Part shown: in pieces, positions 17,305-26,672 of the stretch
How the letters are laid out: every line of letters begins with the position of its first letter
Numbering within the stretch: position 1 is the stretch's first letter
Source: a virus
Lineage: Duplodnaviria > Caudoviricetes
DNA length: 36,859 nt
Reading direction: 5' to 3' (one strand)
IMG/VR virus record: IMGVR_UViG_3300005512_000118
Coordinates: 1-36,859 of that record
Translations under genes and position numbers: made by a program
Notes under the pieces: model-generated
Databases searched by the model: none
What the model saw: the letters and a program-made list of their open reading frames with translations, nothing else
Told to the model about the DNA's origin: nothing

Positions 17305-19223
17305 AACGTAGCCTCTATATCTTCTTTTGATATGACTATCTTACCTTTTATATCGAAATCTTTCAAGTCATCCAAGCTTTTTTCTGAATAACTTCCCTCA
17401 GATAGCATGGGTACATCAAATTCTATAGACTCCATAGTTTCTCGGAGGACTTCCATACTATCAAATATGTCTTTTTTAGGGACTGACACTGTTATTTGGT
17501 CATGTATATTAAATATAATCTTCCAATCTTTCGACTTCTTTTCGTGGAATCTTATAATCGCTTCTTTTGTGCAGTCCGCTGCACTACCTTGCATTAAGGT
17601 ATTGACCATTTTATAATCGAATTCCCTAAGCTTACCATCAATCATTTTAGGTTGTTCGCAATAATATTGCCTTCCACCCCAAGTTCTTATAGGTAAATTT
17701 GATTTAGCTCTCATCCTCATTGTGCTGTACATTTCTTTTATGCTGGGGTATAGGGATAATATTGCACCTTTAAGCTTCTTAGTATCCTCAAGAGATATAC
17801 CTATTGATTCAGACATGGATTTAACGCCCATGCCGTATAGTATACCTAAATTAACCCCTTTTATCTGCTTGCGCGCGTAAAAAACTCCTCGCCTCTCAAG
17901 CTCCTCTTTTGCGGAGTCGTGGAAATCTATCCAAGGGTTCTTTTCATACTTCTCTTGCATCGCAGCACCATCGTAATGTGCTAATATTCTCGGCTCCTGC
18001 TGCGAGTAATCTCTATCTATAAATACATGACCATTAAAAGGTACTGCATAAGACCTTACTTTAGGTAATGGTGGCAAGTCTTTAATGGGGCATTCGGGCA
18101 GCCCTTCTTTCTCGTGTTTGAATAGAGGCTTGAACTCATTAGGAATGTTTTGGAAGTTGGGTGTGGAAGATAATCTACCCGTTCTAGTGCCTATACCACT
18201 AGCACCTTTTACCTGATTCCATTTTGTGTAAATAACCCCACCGGATTTTTTTGCTGTCTCCAACCAAGGAACCATAAAGGTTGATAGACATGTTTTCAAG
18301 CTTGCTCTGTAACTAAGTACTGCTACCAGCTCTTTATCATTGACTGCTTTAATCAGTGCATCTTTTGTGGTGGAAAATTTACCAGTTTTTGTTCTAACTG
18401 CTTTCGATTCATCAACGAAGCCACAATAAAGTAGGCGGGCAAATAATTCTTGCCCAGAATCAAGATTCAAGCCGCTCGGGTTGCCAAGTTTACCAAGAAT
18501 GTAGTCCTCTGCTTTCTCCTTGAATAAAAAATATTTCTCTGTATCTGACTTTAATCTTTCAAAGTCTACCGCTAATCCTTGCCTCTCCATTTCCAGTAAG
18601 ATGGGTAAAAGCTGTCTTTCACGGTCATAGGGTTTGGACATATCATTATCAAACACCACTCTAGGATAGAGTAAATTAAAAAGTTGCTCTGTTCTTTCAA
18701 CGTCACCATTGGCGTATTGACCAACTAAATCACCATCAGCGTAAGCTATGTATCGTGCGAAGTAATGTTCGTTAGACTTTGCAGGGCTTATTTTAACGCC
18801 TTCTACTGGTTGATTTAATAACAGGTAGTCCTTAATGGCATCCTGTTCTTCTGGTGGTAGATTTAAAAGCCTTTCAGCAGAAGGTTTTAATCCCAATTGG
18901 ATTTGGTTTGGGTCATCTAGAAAAAGAAGGAACATCGTATCATGTATCTTGCTCCAATGGGGTATCCCTACCCCCATGTGTGTTTCGGCTACGTCTAGGT
19001 CAAAGTTTGCATTGTGGAATAATATACCATCTTCCGTCTTATAAGCTTCTTCAAGAGCTTTTTTTGCATCTTCAAACGTGCTGTTGTTGCCTTCATGATG
19101 ACCCCAAGCATAATATTTAGCGGGTTCTCCCCAATACTTTATTGATACACCTACTGGTTTTGGCGGGTAATCCGGCCTCTTTTCGATTCCATATGTTTCA
19201 AAATCTATAGTTGTTGGCTTCAT
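17301..19223 (-). CDS. polA: Family A DNA polymerase with 3'-5' exonuclease domain
   Basis: ExoI IDFET, ExoII HNANFD, ExoIII YANGD, TGRLSS.PNFQN, motif A DYSQQEPR, motif B RKQIKGVNLGILYG, QGSAAD, motif C IHDQ. Confidence 0.95.
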   Translation of the reverse strand: MKPTTIDFETYGIEKRPDYPPKPVGVSIKYWGEPAKYYAWGHHEGNNSTFEDAKKALEEAYKTEDGILFHNANFDLDVAETHMGVGIPHWSKIHDTMFLLFLDDPNQIQLGLKPSAERLLNLPPEEQDAIKDYLLLNQPVEGVKISPAKSNEHYFARYIAYADGDLVGQYANGDVERTEQLFNLLYPRVVFDNDMSKPYDRERQLLPILLEMERQGLAVDFERLKSDTEKYFLFKEKAEDYILGKLGNPSGLNLDSGQELFARLLYCGFVDESKAVRTKTGKFSTTKDALIKAVNDKELVAVLSYRASLKTCLSTFMVPWLETAKKSGGVIYTKWNQVKGASGIGTRTGRLSSTPNFQNIPNEFKPLFKHEKEGLPECPIKDLPPLPKVRSYAVPFNGHVFIDRDYSQQEPRILAHYDGAAMQEKYEKNPWIDFHDSAKEELERRGVFYARKQIKGVNLGILYGMGVKSMSESIGISLEDTKKLKGAILSLYPSIKEMYSTMRMRAKSNLPIRTWGGRQYYCEQPKMIDGKLREFDYKMVNTLMQGSAADCTKEAIIRFHEKKSKDWKIIFNIHDQITVSVPKKDIFDSMEVLRETMESIEFDVPMLSEGSYSEKSLDDLKDFDIKGKIVISKEDIEATL

Positions 19224-19238
19224 ACCCGCCCCCGTAGG

Positions 19239-20009
19239 TTAGTATTTAGGTTCTGGTTTTTTAGCTGCTTTAGACACAAACTCCTGCGGCTCTACAGTAG
19301 AAATCCTATGTGGGAAATCTATTGTAGCCATAGCTTCTTCCCTACGAGACATAATTACCTGCATAAGGTTATCCGGTACAGGCGCAATAGGCTCAAATGT
19401 TATCTTAAATTGAGATTTTGGATCCGGCTCCGTAGATACACGTGTAATTACACCAAAAGGCGGACGCTTCAAGACAGAAGATATCTTCTTTACATAAGAC
19501 GAATAATTCTTAGTCGACATGACAGGTAGCTTCATGAAACCTATTTCAGAATTATCAAAGTCAGAAACTTCGTCAAAAGCCTCATAATTGCCCTTAGCAG
19601 TAAAAGTACCTGCTGGTATCATAGCTAAGCGCCTAACGTTCTGGCAAGCCTTCGCTCTGCCCGTAGGAGCCGATCCAAATTGATTGTTGGGGCAAGTGGT
19701 ACAGTCTGAGGACTTAGGGCTGGGGACTGTCTCGTGCGGCTCCATTTCGTCCTGTTTACGGCCAAATGAAAAGCAATCGGGTGACTGCGCTTGACCAGCA
19801 GTGTAGGTATTAGGATAGTTCACGTTCTCAAAAACCATATCGAGAATAACGCACGCCATTTGATTGCCTGTTAAAGGACTGCCATCCCATGATAGGATTC
19901 CACCTTTAGTTGAGAAGAACTTACCGGACGCTACTTCTTCACTTGCAGACTCCTGAGCATACTTAGCTAGCTCAGCTTCCCAATTTGCTATTTCAGTTGA
20001 CATAATCAC
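19239..20009 (-). CDS. Putative ssDNA-binding/annealing protein with a Cys cluster
   Basis: PDCFS...CTTCPNNQFGS...KACQNVRRLA; lies next to the polymerase. Function is inferred. Confidence 0.55.
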   Translation of the reverse strand: MIMSTEIANWEAELAKYAQESASEEVASGKFFSTKGGILSWDGSPLTGNQMACVILDMVFENVNYPNTYTAGQAQSPDCFSFGRKQDEMEPHETVPSPKSSDCTTCPNNQFGSAPTGRAKACQNVRRLAMIPAGTFTAKGNYEAFDEVSDFDNSEIGFMKLPVMSTKNYSSYVKKISSVLKRPPFGVITRVSTEPDPKSQFKITFEPIAPVPDNLMQVIMSRREEAMATIDFPHRISTVEPQEFVSKAAKKPEPKY

Positions 20010-20386
20010 ACCTTTTTTAAAGATATTGTTACACGTTTAAATTTTTCTACACCAGCTACCTCCGCACCGTCTTCCCACATCTCTCTTACTGCATGTGGGT
20101 TTGGTCTTGCTTTGTAAGCCAAGTCATAGCGGTCGTTAGCCTCCATGAACTCCCTAAATTTATTTTCATCAGTTACCGTGGGAACTTCTTTGACTACCAC
20201 CGATACTGAAGCATTTTTACCTGAGATTCCACTGGCGTCAGACTTTGGGAGTGTCTCAATAATATACTCTTGTAATATATTATACTCCTCTTTTAGTTTT
20301 TTTGCCTGAGCCTCTAACTCTAATCGCTGAGTCTTTAACTCGTGCAACCTATCTGCACAGCCACCTAATGTAGATGGGAACTTCAT
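20006..20386 (-). CDS. Coiled-coil protein, Gp157/Gam-like
   Basis: N-terminal coiled coil; C-terminal G.EVAGVE pattern; replication/recombination neighbourhood. Confidence 0.5.
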   Translation of the reverse strand: MKFPSTLGGCADRLHELKTQRLELEAQAKKLKEEYNILQEYIIETLPKSDASGISGKNASVSVVVKEVPTVTDENKFREFMEANDRYDLAYKARPNPHAVREMWEDGAEVAGVEKFKRVTISLKKV

Positions 20387-20562
20387 GACTCAAGCTCCTT
20401 TTGGTAGTTTCTATGTTCTTCTTCGGCATCTAAGAATTTTTGCCTATATAATTCTACATTAAGTGAATGCTCATTTATACGCCAAGCAGGTCTCCTAAAA
20501 TTACTTTTACAATAAATGTCGCTTAACAAGCCAAGTTCTCTATTAATGTAATCGTTTTTCAT
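20383..20562 (-). CDS. Small hypothetical protein, 59 aa
   Basis: ATGA overlaps at both ends; fills the gap exactly. Confidence 0.65.
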   Translation of the reverse strand: MKNDYINRELGLLSDIYCKSNFRRPAWRINEHSLNVELYRQKFLDAEEEHRNYQKELES

Positions 20563-20873
20563 AACCAGCCCCTATTCGTAGCTTTAATATAAAGGTCTTC
20601 AACTCTAGGCATATCTCCCGAACCGCTGCAATTTTCACAACGTTGGTCTACATTAATAAATCCTTTTGAACTTCTTATATAGCCTAGCCCGTCGCAACTG
20701 GTACAATAATCGTTTATCAAGGACAATTTGTCAAGGTATTTCTTCCGCATAGTGGCGAATTTTTCCTTATCACCACCTTTGTCAGGGTGTAAAACAGCGC
20801 ATAATCTCCTGTACTCCTTCTTAAGGTCTGCTTTACTTGAGATGTTGTCAAAATAGTCCATAGCACTAACCAT
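20559..20873 (-). CDS. Mini J-domain protein with DnaJ-type zinc finger
   Basis: LKKEYRRLCAVLHPDKGG (HPD motif) plus two CxxCxGxG motifs. Confidence 0.85.
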   Translation of the reverse strand: MVSAMDYFDNISSKADLKKEYRRLCAVLHPDKGGDKEKFATMRKKYLDKLSLINDYCTSCDGLGYIRSSKGFINVDQRCENCSGSGDMPRVEDLYIKATNRGWL

Positions 20874-21123
20874 CGTAACACTGAGTTAATCGCTGCAAGT
20901 ACCAGATCGCTTTTTCTATGTCCTGTTTAGCATCTCCCTTGTGCTTACACCTCCAAATATACTTAAATGCATTGCCCCTCAGAAAACCTTCAAACTCCGC
21001 AGGACTTAGGGCTTCGGCCATAGCCTCTATGCACTCTATCTTACTCGATTGCGTGTAGTGAGAGGGAAAACTAACGTAAGGGTTTGGACTTGGGTCTAGG
21101 GTCTTGGGGTCATCAAATATCAT
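20866..21123 (-). CDS. DUF3310 family protein (T7 gp1.7/SaV-like)
   Basis: V..PSHY...IECIEA...GFLRGNAFKYIWR..HKG...QDIEKAIWYL. Confidence 0.88.
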   Translation of the reverse strand: MIFDDPKTLDPSPNPYVSFPSHYTQSSKIECIEAMAEALSPAEFEGFLRGNAFKYIWRCKHKGDAKQDIEKAIWYLQRLTQCYDG

Positions 21124-21712
21124 TTAGTAGCTCCTCTTTTATGTCGAAAATATCTTCTTTAAATTTTTCTAGTATTTGACCTACGCGAGCACGTGAAATG
21201 TTTAAAGTTTCCCCAATATCTTCAAAAGTGAACCCTAAAACACGCATTTCTATTATTTGTCGTTCTCTGTCGGTGGCTCTGTCAGAAATTCTGCGAACAA
21301 AAGAAGTATATAAAACAGAATCATAGGCATCGGGAGAATCTCCTAGAGTAGAGTCTAAGTCTGTAATATCGGATGATTGGAATGAACAATTTTCATAGTC
21401 AACCCTTTTTATTCTTCCTAGACCATTCCTTAAATTGTTTCTTATTTCAGAGCGGATATAGTAATCAGCACAAACAGTGAATGAACCGCGATCCCAATCA
21501 AACACATCTGCTGCTTTGCACAACCCAACATTTGCGTCTTGAATTCGGTCTAAAAGCTCATCTTCTGTTTTTGCGTATCGTTTTGCTATGTGTATTGCTA
21601 GTCTTAAATGGGATAATATTAGCCTATCCCTAGATGCTGTTTTTGCCTCATTCTCTCCAAGAATGCCATATTTTGTAGCTTGAGAGATATACAGTCTTAA
21701 TGTTTGGCTCAT
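21113..21712 (-). CDS. Sigma-70-family RNA polymerase sigma factor
   Basis: Region 2 LILSHLRLAIHIAKRY...DRIQDANVGLCKAADVFDWDRGSF; region 4 TDRERQIIEMR...TFEDIGETLNISRARVGQI. Confidence 0.9.
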   Translation of the reverse strand: MSQTLRLYISQATKYGILGENEAKTASRDRLILSHLRLAIHIAKRYAKTEDELLDRIQDANVGLCKAADVFDWDRGSFTVCADYYIRSEIRNNLRNGLGRIKRVDYENCSFQSSDITDLDSTLGDSPDAYDSVLYTSFVRRISDRATDRERQIIEMRVLGFTFEDIGETLNISRARVGQILEKFKEDIFDIKEELLNDI

Positions 21713-21923
21713 GAGTATTACCTATGATTTTATCCCTCGCCGCCAACACTTTTTTAGCGTCGAGATGGTTTTTATCATATCGGGAGCTGCTTAATATATG
21801 TTCTGCGCATATTGATGAAATTACAAGGCTAGTATCAACCTTGAATATGCGGAGTATGATTAGTATTATTTCTATGGCAGCAGCGCCCGCTTTTTGCCCT
21901 ATTGTTAGATTCTGTAGTTTCAT
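21648..21923 (-). CDS. Hypothetical protein
   Basis: AGAGGTGG RBS before the ATG; overlaps the sigma-factor start. Confidence 0.55.
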   Translation of the reverse strand: MKLQNLTIGQKAGAAAIEIILIILRIFKVDTSLVISSICAEHILSSSRYDKNHLDAKKVLAARDKIIGNTHEPNIKTVYLSSYKIWHSWRE

Positions 21924-21962
21924 GAGCCACCTCTTTTTGGTTGAGTTGATTGGTGAAACTCC

Positions 21963-22241
21963 TTACTTTACAGAACTCCCTAGAACATCATCAATAATAG
22001 CATTTTGTAGTCGGATTGTCCAGTCTGATAACATATCTAATTGCTTTGACGTAACGTCATAATTACGATTTAAGTAATTAATAAACTCAATCTGTATGTC
22101 ATCTGAGCCGAAAACTAATTGTACTGCTTCTGCTCTTGTTTTGCAACCAGTTAATTGTTCTTCTACATAATCATAAATTAACTTCGACCAGATGTATTTT
22201 TCAACGTCCAACGAGCCATTGTCTAATTCTGAAAATTTCAT
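21963..22241 (-). CDS. Hypothetical protein
   Basis: 92-aa ORF in the leftward operon. Confidence 0.65.
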   Translation of the reverse strand: MKFSELDNGSLDVEKYIWSKLIYDYVEEQLTGCKTRAEAVQLVFGSDDIQIEFINYLNRNYDVTSKQLDMLSDWTIRLQNAIIDDVLGSSVK

Positions 22242-22476
22242 TCTTTAATTTCTCCGTTATACCCATTTTGGGTTTGGGTGTTTCTTCAATTATATCTCTA
22301 AGCTTCCTATTTTCAATTACCAATTTGTAAATACTTTTTTCTAAATTATAAAATTCTTCCTCAAAACCGTAAACTTTGTCGAGTGCGGCCATGTCTTCAC
22401 CAGCTACAACTTTTAATACAGCTAATTTTTTTCTTAGATGTATAATTCTTCCGGTTATAGTGTTGTCTTTGTTCAT
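22201..22476 (-). CDS. Hypothetical protein
   Basis: 91-aa ORF in the leftward operon. Confidence 0.6.
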   Translation of the reverse strand: MNKDNTITGRIIHLRKKLAVLKVVAGEDMAALDKVYGFEEEFYNLEKSIYKLVIENRKLRDIIEETPKPKMGITEKLKNEIFRIRQWLVGR

Positions 22477-22487
22477 TTTTTACATCT

Positions 22488-22667
22488 CTATTTGATTGAC
22501 GTTGGAGGTATTGCGAATTTTAACATTAAATCCTGTAATGAGTATGAAATATCTTTTATGTAATAGTTTAACTGACTTTTGTTTAGATCCTCAGGATCTG
22601 TAAATTCTAAATGATCTCTCAGTTCAGAAATTTTACTGTTTATTTTTTTAAGTTCCGAAGTTAGCAT
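22488..22667 (-). CDS. Small hypothetical protein, 59 aa
   Basis: Manual translation MLTSELKKINSKISELRDHLEFTD...; GGAGGG upstream; fills the gap. Confidence 0.55.
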   Translation of the reverse strand: MLTSELKKINSKISELRDHLEFTDPEDLNKSQLNYYIKDISYSLQDLMLKFAIPPTSIK

Positions 22668-23137
22668 GGGTCACCCTCCGAAAAACAAACCGCGCAAACT
22701 TCACCAGAACCTTCTATTTTTATAAACCCATCAAGGTAAACACCTTTTGCCAGTAATATATCTGTAGCTACGGTTGAATCTCCGGACATTTGCCCTTGAA
22801 TATTGCATTTTCCTACAGTTGAAGCGTTATCACTTAAAAATCCTGTGCCTGATACTGTGCTATTAGCTAAAACTTTGGCGTTGCCCTTTACAATGGCATA
22901 ATCCTTTACTATAGAAGTACCCGTTACTATGGCGTTATCCTTGACTAAACCGTTGCCCATGCATATCGCGTCATTGAAAATCCAACAACCACACTCTTGT
23001 GATAGATTTTTCTCAGATTCTACAAAACCACCAAGTGTACCTGAAAGGACACCATTAAAGTTTTTTATTGCTTGAATCCTGTGAAGGGTGACACCATCAA
23101 CAACTTTTGTTTCTTCGGTTAATCTGTATTTAGCCAC
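22661..23137 (-). CDS. Left-handed beta-helix (hexapeptide-repeat, LpxA-like) phage protein
   Basis: KY.LT...LHRIQA...G.LGGFVESEKNLSQ...CW N-terminus followed by hexapeptide repeats (VKDNAI, VKDYAI, VKGNAK); GTG start with AGAGG. Confidence 0.78.
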   Translation of the reverse strand: MAKYRLTEETKVVDGVTLHRIQAIKNFNGVLSGTLGGFVESEKNLSQECGCWIFNDAICMGNGLVKDNAIVTGTSIVKDYAIVKGNAKVLANSTVSGTGFLSDNASTVGKCNIQGQMSGDSTVATDILLAKGVYLDGFIKIEGSGEVCAVCFSEGDPC

Positions 23138-23170
23138 TTTATGTACCTCTATTAGTTAAGGTTACTTAAT

Positions 23171-23199
23171 ATAGTAACATTTTTAAATTTTATTTTCAA
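23171..23199 (-). promoter_or_regulatory. Sigma-70-type promoter TTGAAA-N17-TACTAT with TGn extension
   Basis: Near-consensus hexamers with 17-bp spacing in an AT-rich gap upstream of the leftward operon. Confidence 0.7.
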
Positions 23200-23230
23200 C
23201 TTATTAAATCTATCAAATCAATAGTAGCCA

Positions 23231-23593
23231 TCAGGATTCTTCTCCTATCACATTTAATATTTCTGGGGTTGGTTCTTTCACGAATCGTAGGGCATACGCA
23301 AACTCTTTTACAGCGGTCATACATAATTCAGGTGTTTGGTCTTTTACGAATTGCAGAGCTAGGCCGTTCTCTTTCACAGCAGCCATACATATCTCAGGGG
23401 TTTGGTCTATTACGTATTGTAGGGCATATCCGTCCTGCTCAACCGCTGCCTTACACAATTCGGGTGTTTGGTGTTTAACGTGTTCTAAGGCGTCCCCGCA
23501 CTCTTTTACAGCAGCCATGCATATCTCAGGTGTTTGGTCTTTTACGTATTGTAAAAGAAAAGTGTCCTCAATAATATCATCAATTGTAATCAT
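23231..23593 (-). CDS. DUF4116-like 22-aa repeat protein (4 repeats)
   Basis: QTPE(I/L)CxAAVxxxxxALxxVKx repeated four times. Confidence 0.88.
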   Translation of the reverse strand: MITIDDIIEDTFLLQYVKDQTPEICMAAVKECGDALEHVKHQTPELCKAAVEQDGYALQYVIDQTPEICMAAVKENGLALQFVKDQTPELCMTAVKEFAYALRFVKEPTPEILNVIGEES

Positions 23594-24224
23594 CCGGATT
23601 TACCTCCAATAAATGTCGTAGCTCAGGATTAACAAATTGTATCGCAGCAGAATCCTCCGCAACAGCAGCCCTACATATTTCAATTGTTTGTTCGTCTACA
23701 AATTGTAAAGCATCGGGGTCGTTCTTTACAGCAACCATACACAATTCAGGTGTTTGATCATATATTTCTTCCAAAACTAAACCATTTAATTCTAGTGCTT
23801 TCAGACATATCTCATTGGTTTGATCTTCTACGTAACCCAAAGCATGAGGGAACTTTCTGACCGCAGCAATGCACAATTCATCTGTCTGTTCTCTTATGTA
23901 CTGCAAAGCAAATGGGGAGTACTCAACCGCCCATTCACACAACTCTGGGGTTTGGTCTCTCACATGTTCTAGAGATGGATAAAAGCTCTTAATTGCAGCC
24001 TTACATATCTCAAGGGTTTGATCTTTTACGAATTGCAGAGCTAGGCCGTTCTCTTTTACAGCAGCCATACATATCTCAGGGGTTTGTTCTTCCACATATT
24101 GCAGGGCATAACCATTTTCTTTAACTGCTGCCATACATATTTCATGGGGCTGGTTTCTTACATATTTTAGTAGATTGGGGTTTTCAATAATGTCAGCAGT
24201 TTCTACCTCAATTAGATATATCAT
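23580..24224 (-). CDS. DUF4116-like 22-aa repeat protein (8 repeats)
   Basis: 24-aa cap + 8x22 + 14-aa cap = 214 aa. Confidence 0.9.
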   Translation of the reverse strand: MIYLIEVETADIIENPNLLKYVRNQPHEICMAAVKENGYALQYVEEQTPEICMAAVKENGLALQFVKDQTLEICKAAIKSFYPSLEHVRDQTPELCEWAVEYSPFALQYIREQTDELCIAAVRKFPHALGYVEDQTNEICLKALELNGLVLEEIYDQTPELCMVAVKNDPDALQFVDEQTIEICRAAVAEDSAAIQFVNPELRHLLEVNPDDYN

Positions 24225-24226
24225 TT

Positions 24227-24382
24227 TTATGACTCCAATAAATGTAATAGTTCAGGATTAACAAATTTTATAGCGCTAGGGTTTTTCTCAACCGCAGCCA
24301 TGCACATCTCAGGTGTTTGGTATTCTGCGTACGTTAAAAAAAACGGGTCTTCAATAATGCCATTTATGTCAATGGAAGCCAT
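24227..24382 (-). CDS. Single-repeat DUF4116-like mini-protein, 51 aa (not in the ORF track)
   Basis: MASIDINGIIEDPFFLTYAEY-QTPEMCMAAVEKNPSAIKFVNP-ELLHLLES; TGATG-coupled to the primase stop; caps match its neighbours. Confidence 0.75.
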   Translation of the reverse strand: MASIDINGIIEDPFFLTYAEYQTPEMCMAAVEKNPSAIKFVNPELLHLLES

Positions 24383-26418
24383 CAGAATTTAACCTCGTTC
24401 GTCTTATCTAAGTGCTCAACTATCTGTAGTCTATCAGCACCAATCCATTTGTCAAGGTTCCGAACAATATATAACCGCTTCTGCTCCCCACTGTTCAACC
24501 GTATAGGTGCACCTCCCAAAGCCTGCTTGAACCCAGCCCGAGCCAACTCCCGACCAAGACCGTTGGCCGTAGTTCTTGTACGATTGTCCGAATCATATAA
24601 GTTCAACAAGTCCTTACTCGAATACAAGTCATCCTTCAAGTCTATCCCACCAACACGAAGAACCGACTCAGGAAAGTCTCGCAAGTCCCGAACCCAAGAC
24701 CCAAGGTCTGAGCGCCCAGCTTCTAACATCCGAGCCTTCGCCTGAGTAGCAATGGCCGGAGCACTAGGGTCGAAGTCCCCAAGGTCTAAGTTAAGCAAGT
24801 AATCAAAGATTATGCTCGCGCCATCCTCGTGGTTCAACCACTTGTCGTAAGCGCGGTAAAAATCCCCACTCTTGGGATGACACAAAGTCTCATGAATGAA
24901 AAAACGACGGTCAGTGTCTTCTAGAAAGAATGAATCCGGCTGATTGGAGGTAAAGTAATAGTTGATACAATCAGGCACTACGTAAGAGGGAATGTGCTTT
25001 ATGTTGATTCGCATCTCTTTCTGAGTGATTAACTTCTTTAAGTAGTCCGCATCACCCCTCTTATCACTCCCTGTGACGTCATCGCCCATAATGAACTGCT
25101 TGGAGTCAGCCCACTCGTTGAACGACGCGCTTAGGTCTTCGTTCCTTATCTCTGTAAAGTTCACCCCGTATATCGCACCGAGTGAATACCCCAATAATGA
25201 CTTCCCTGTCCCCTGCTGCACTCCATGCACTACCACAGACGTGAACATCTTCACCCCAGCGTGCTGTAGTGGGTATGCACACCACCTTAAAAACCATTGC
25301 TGGGCTTCCGGTTCACAACCTGAGAACACATGGCCGACTAACTCCAAGAATGGTCTCGGGTCTCCGGCCTTAGGCTCTACTCCCCAACCCATCCAAGTGT
25401 TGAGAAAACCATCAAATATCCTGTCCTTACTAGGCGCGTAAGTCATACGGCCAACCTCATTCCTTTGAGGCCACTTCAACCAAGCGCCCGAAGCTGATAC
25501 GGGCTTATAACTCACGCTACCATCTTTCCTCAACGAACGCTCCTGATATATCTCCGTACTCTCTAAATGCTCCTTAAATGCCGCTGGCTTAACTTTATTC
25601 GATAAATCTTCCATTGATACCACAATCGCGGGATTCTTAACGTAGACGTACTTGTCATTCAGTAACCATAACGGAGAACTTAGGCCAAGGGGCTCTGCAA
25701 AATGTAATAAGTCCCTAAATTTATCCCCAGACTTATCCCCAGAGTGAACGAAAAAATCGTCAATCCCCACCTTCTCACAGCTCGGCAAACTAGGTAATGT
25801 CATTATGTGACAAAAACTACCTCGCCGCTCCAACTCATCCGCCAAATCCTTCAGCGCCAAGCAGACATTCTCATTCGTTAAATAGTCACTGTCAAAACAA
25901 ATATAAACGTTCCTACGCAACCAGTCAACCTTTTTTAATGATTCCAAAAAAGTAATCCCACGAGAACGTGAACGCCAACTGTGAACGCCCCCTATAGCTA
26001 TCGTCGGAAAGCCCTCCTTAGTCGCCTTCGCCGCCTTCAACTCCCCCTCTGTAACTATCAGGGGGACACCAATATCACTACAAATCGAAGGCCAATCACA
26101 AAAACCTTTGGGGTAATAGGCACAAGGTGCTGTATTTCGCGCTTGAACGTACCTAGGAGCCTTTTTCTCCGTTAACGAACCCCATCCTACAGGGTTGGAA
26201 TTTAAATAGCGTAGACGGAAGTATAGACCCCCTGCTGGGATGTCAGACATTTCTGATCCATCGGGGTTGTAATAGTTAATTTTAAGACTCTCATAATCCT
26301 TGAACTCAGGACTTAGGGACTTAGTCTCTGATGGGGTCAAATATTCCATACCAAGCTTCTTAGCATCCGCTACGGTTAAACCTGAGGATGCAAGCTTATC
26401 TTCAAAGGCATTGGACAT
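24382..26418 (-). CDS. Primase-helicase (DUF3854/TOPRIM primase + DUF5906/SF3 helicase)
   Basis: IVTEGELKA, ICFDSD and GIDDF TOPRIM motifs; GVQQGTGKS Walker A, MGDD, TSN and DRRF; GGAG RBS. Confidence 0.9.
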   Translation of the reverse strand: MSNAFEDKLASSGLTVADAKKLGMEYLTPSETKSLSPEFKDYESLKINYYNPDGSEMSDIPAGGLYFRLRYLNSNPVGWGSLTEKKAPRYVQARNTAPCAYYPKGFCDWPSICSDIGVPLIVTEGELKAAKATKEGFPTIAIGGVHSWRSRSRGITFLESLKKVDWLRRNVYICFDSDYLTNENVCLALKDLADELERRGSFCHIMTLPSLPSCEKVGIDDFFVHSGDKSGDKFRDLLHFAEPLGLSSPLWLLNDKYVYVKNPAIVVSMEDLSNKVKPAAFKEHLESTEIYQERSLRKDGSVSYKPVSASGAWLKWPQRNEVGRMTYAPSKDRIFDGFLNTWMGWGVEPKAGDPRPFLELVGHVFSGCEPEAQQWFLRWCAYPLQHAGVKMFTSVVVHGVQQGTGKSLLGYSLGAIYGVNFTEIRNEDLSASFNEWADSKQFIMGDDVTGSDKRGDADYLKKLITQKEMRINIKHIPSYVVPDCINYYFTSNQPDSFFLEDTDRRFFIHETLCHPKSGDFYRAYDKWLNHEDGASIIFDYLLNLDLGDFDPSAPAIATQAKARMLEAGRSDLGSWVRDLRDFPESVLRVGGIDLKDDLYSSKDLLNLYDSDNRTRTTANGLGRELARAGFKQALGGAPIRLNSGEQKRLYIVRNLDKWIGADRLQIVEHLDKTNEVKF

Positions 26419-26440
26419 TTAAAGTCTCCAGTTAATCAGT

Positions 26441-26672
26441 TCTTCGGCCTAAGGTCTTCGGCCTAAGTCTATAGATTCTTAATTTCTTCGGTTCTTACTT
26501 TCTACGGCCTAAGGTCTCGGGTTCTTACTTTCTTCGGCCTAAGGTCTTGGGCAGTAGATTGTAAATTTCTTCGGTTCTTACTTTCTCCGGCCTAAGGTCT
26601 TGGGCAGTAGATTGTAAATTTCTTCGGCCTAAGGTCTTGGGTTCTTACTTTCTACGGCCTAAGGTCTTGGGC
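26441..26672. repeat. Iteron-like repeat array, candidate replication origin
   Basis: CGGCCTAAG at 26445, 26459, 26505, 26535, 26588, 26625 and 26655, interleaved with repeated TTCTTACTTTCT and CAGTAGATTGTAAATTTCTTCGG; followed by an AT-rich tract. Confidence 0.85.

Noticed and set aside
26441-26672. CRISPR or mini-array interpretation of the repeat cluster, given a Cas4-like gene in the genome
   Set aside because: The intervening sequences are themselves repeated rather than unique spacers, spacing is irregular, and there are no cas genes; solo Cas4-like nucleases are common in phage replication modules.
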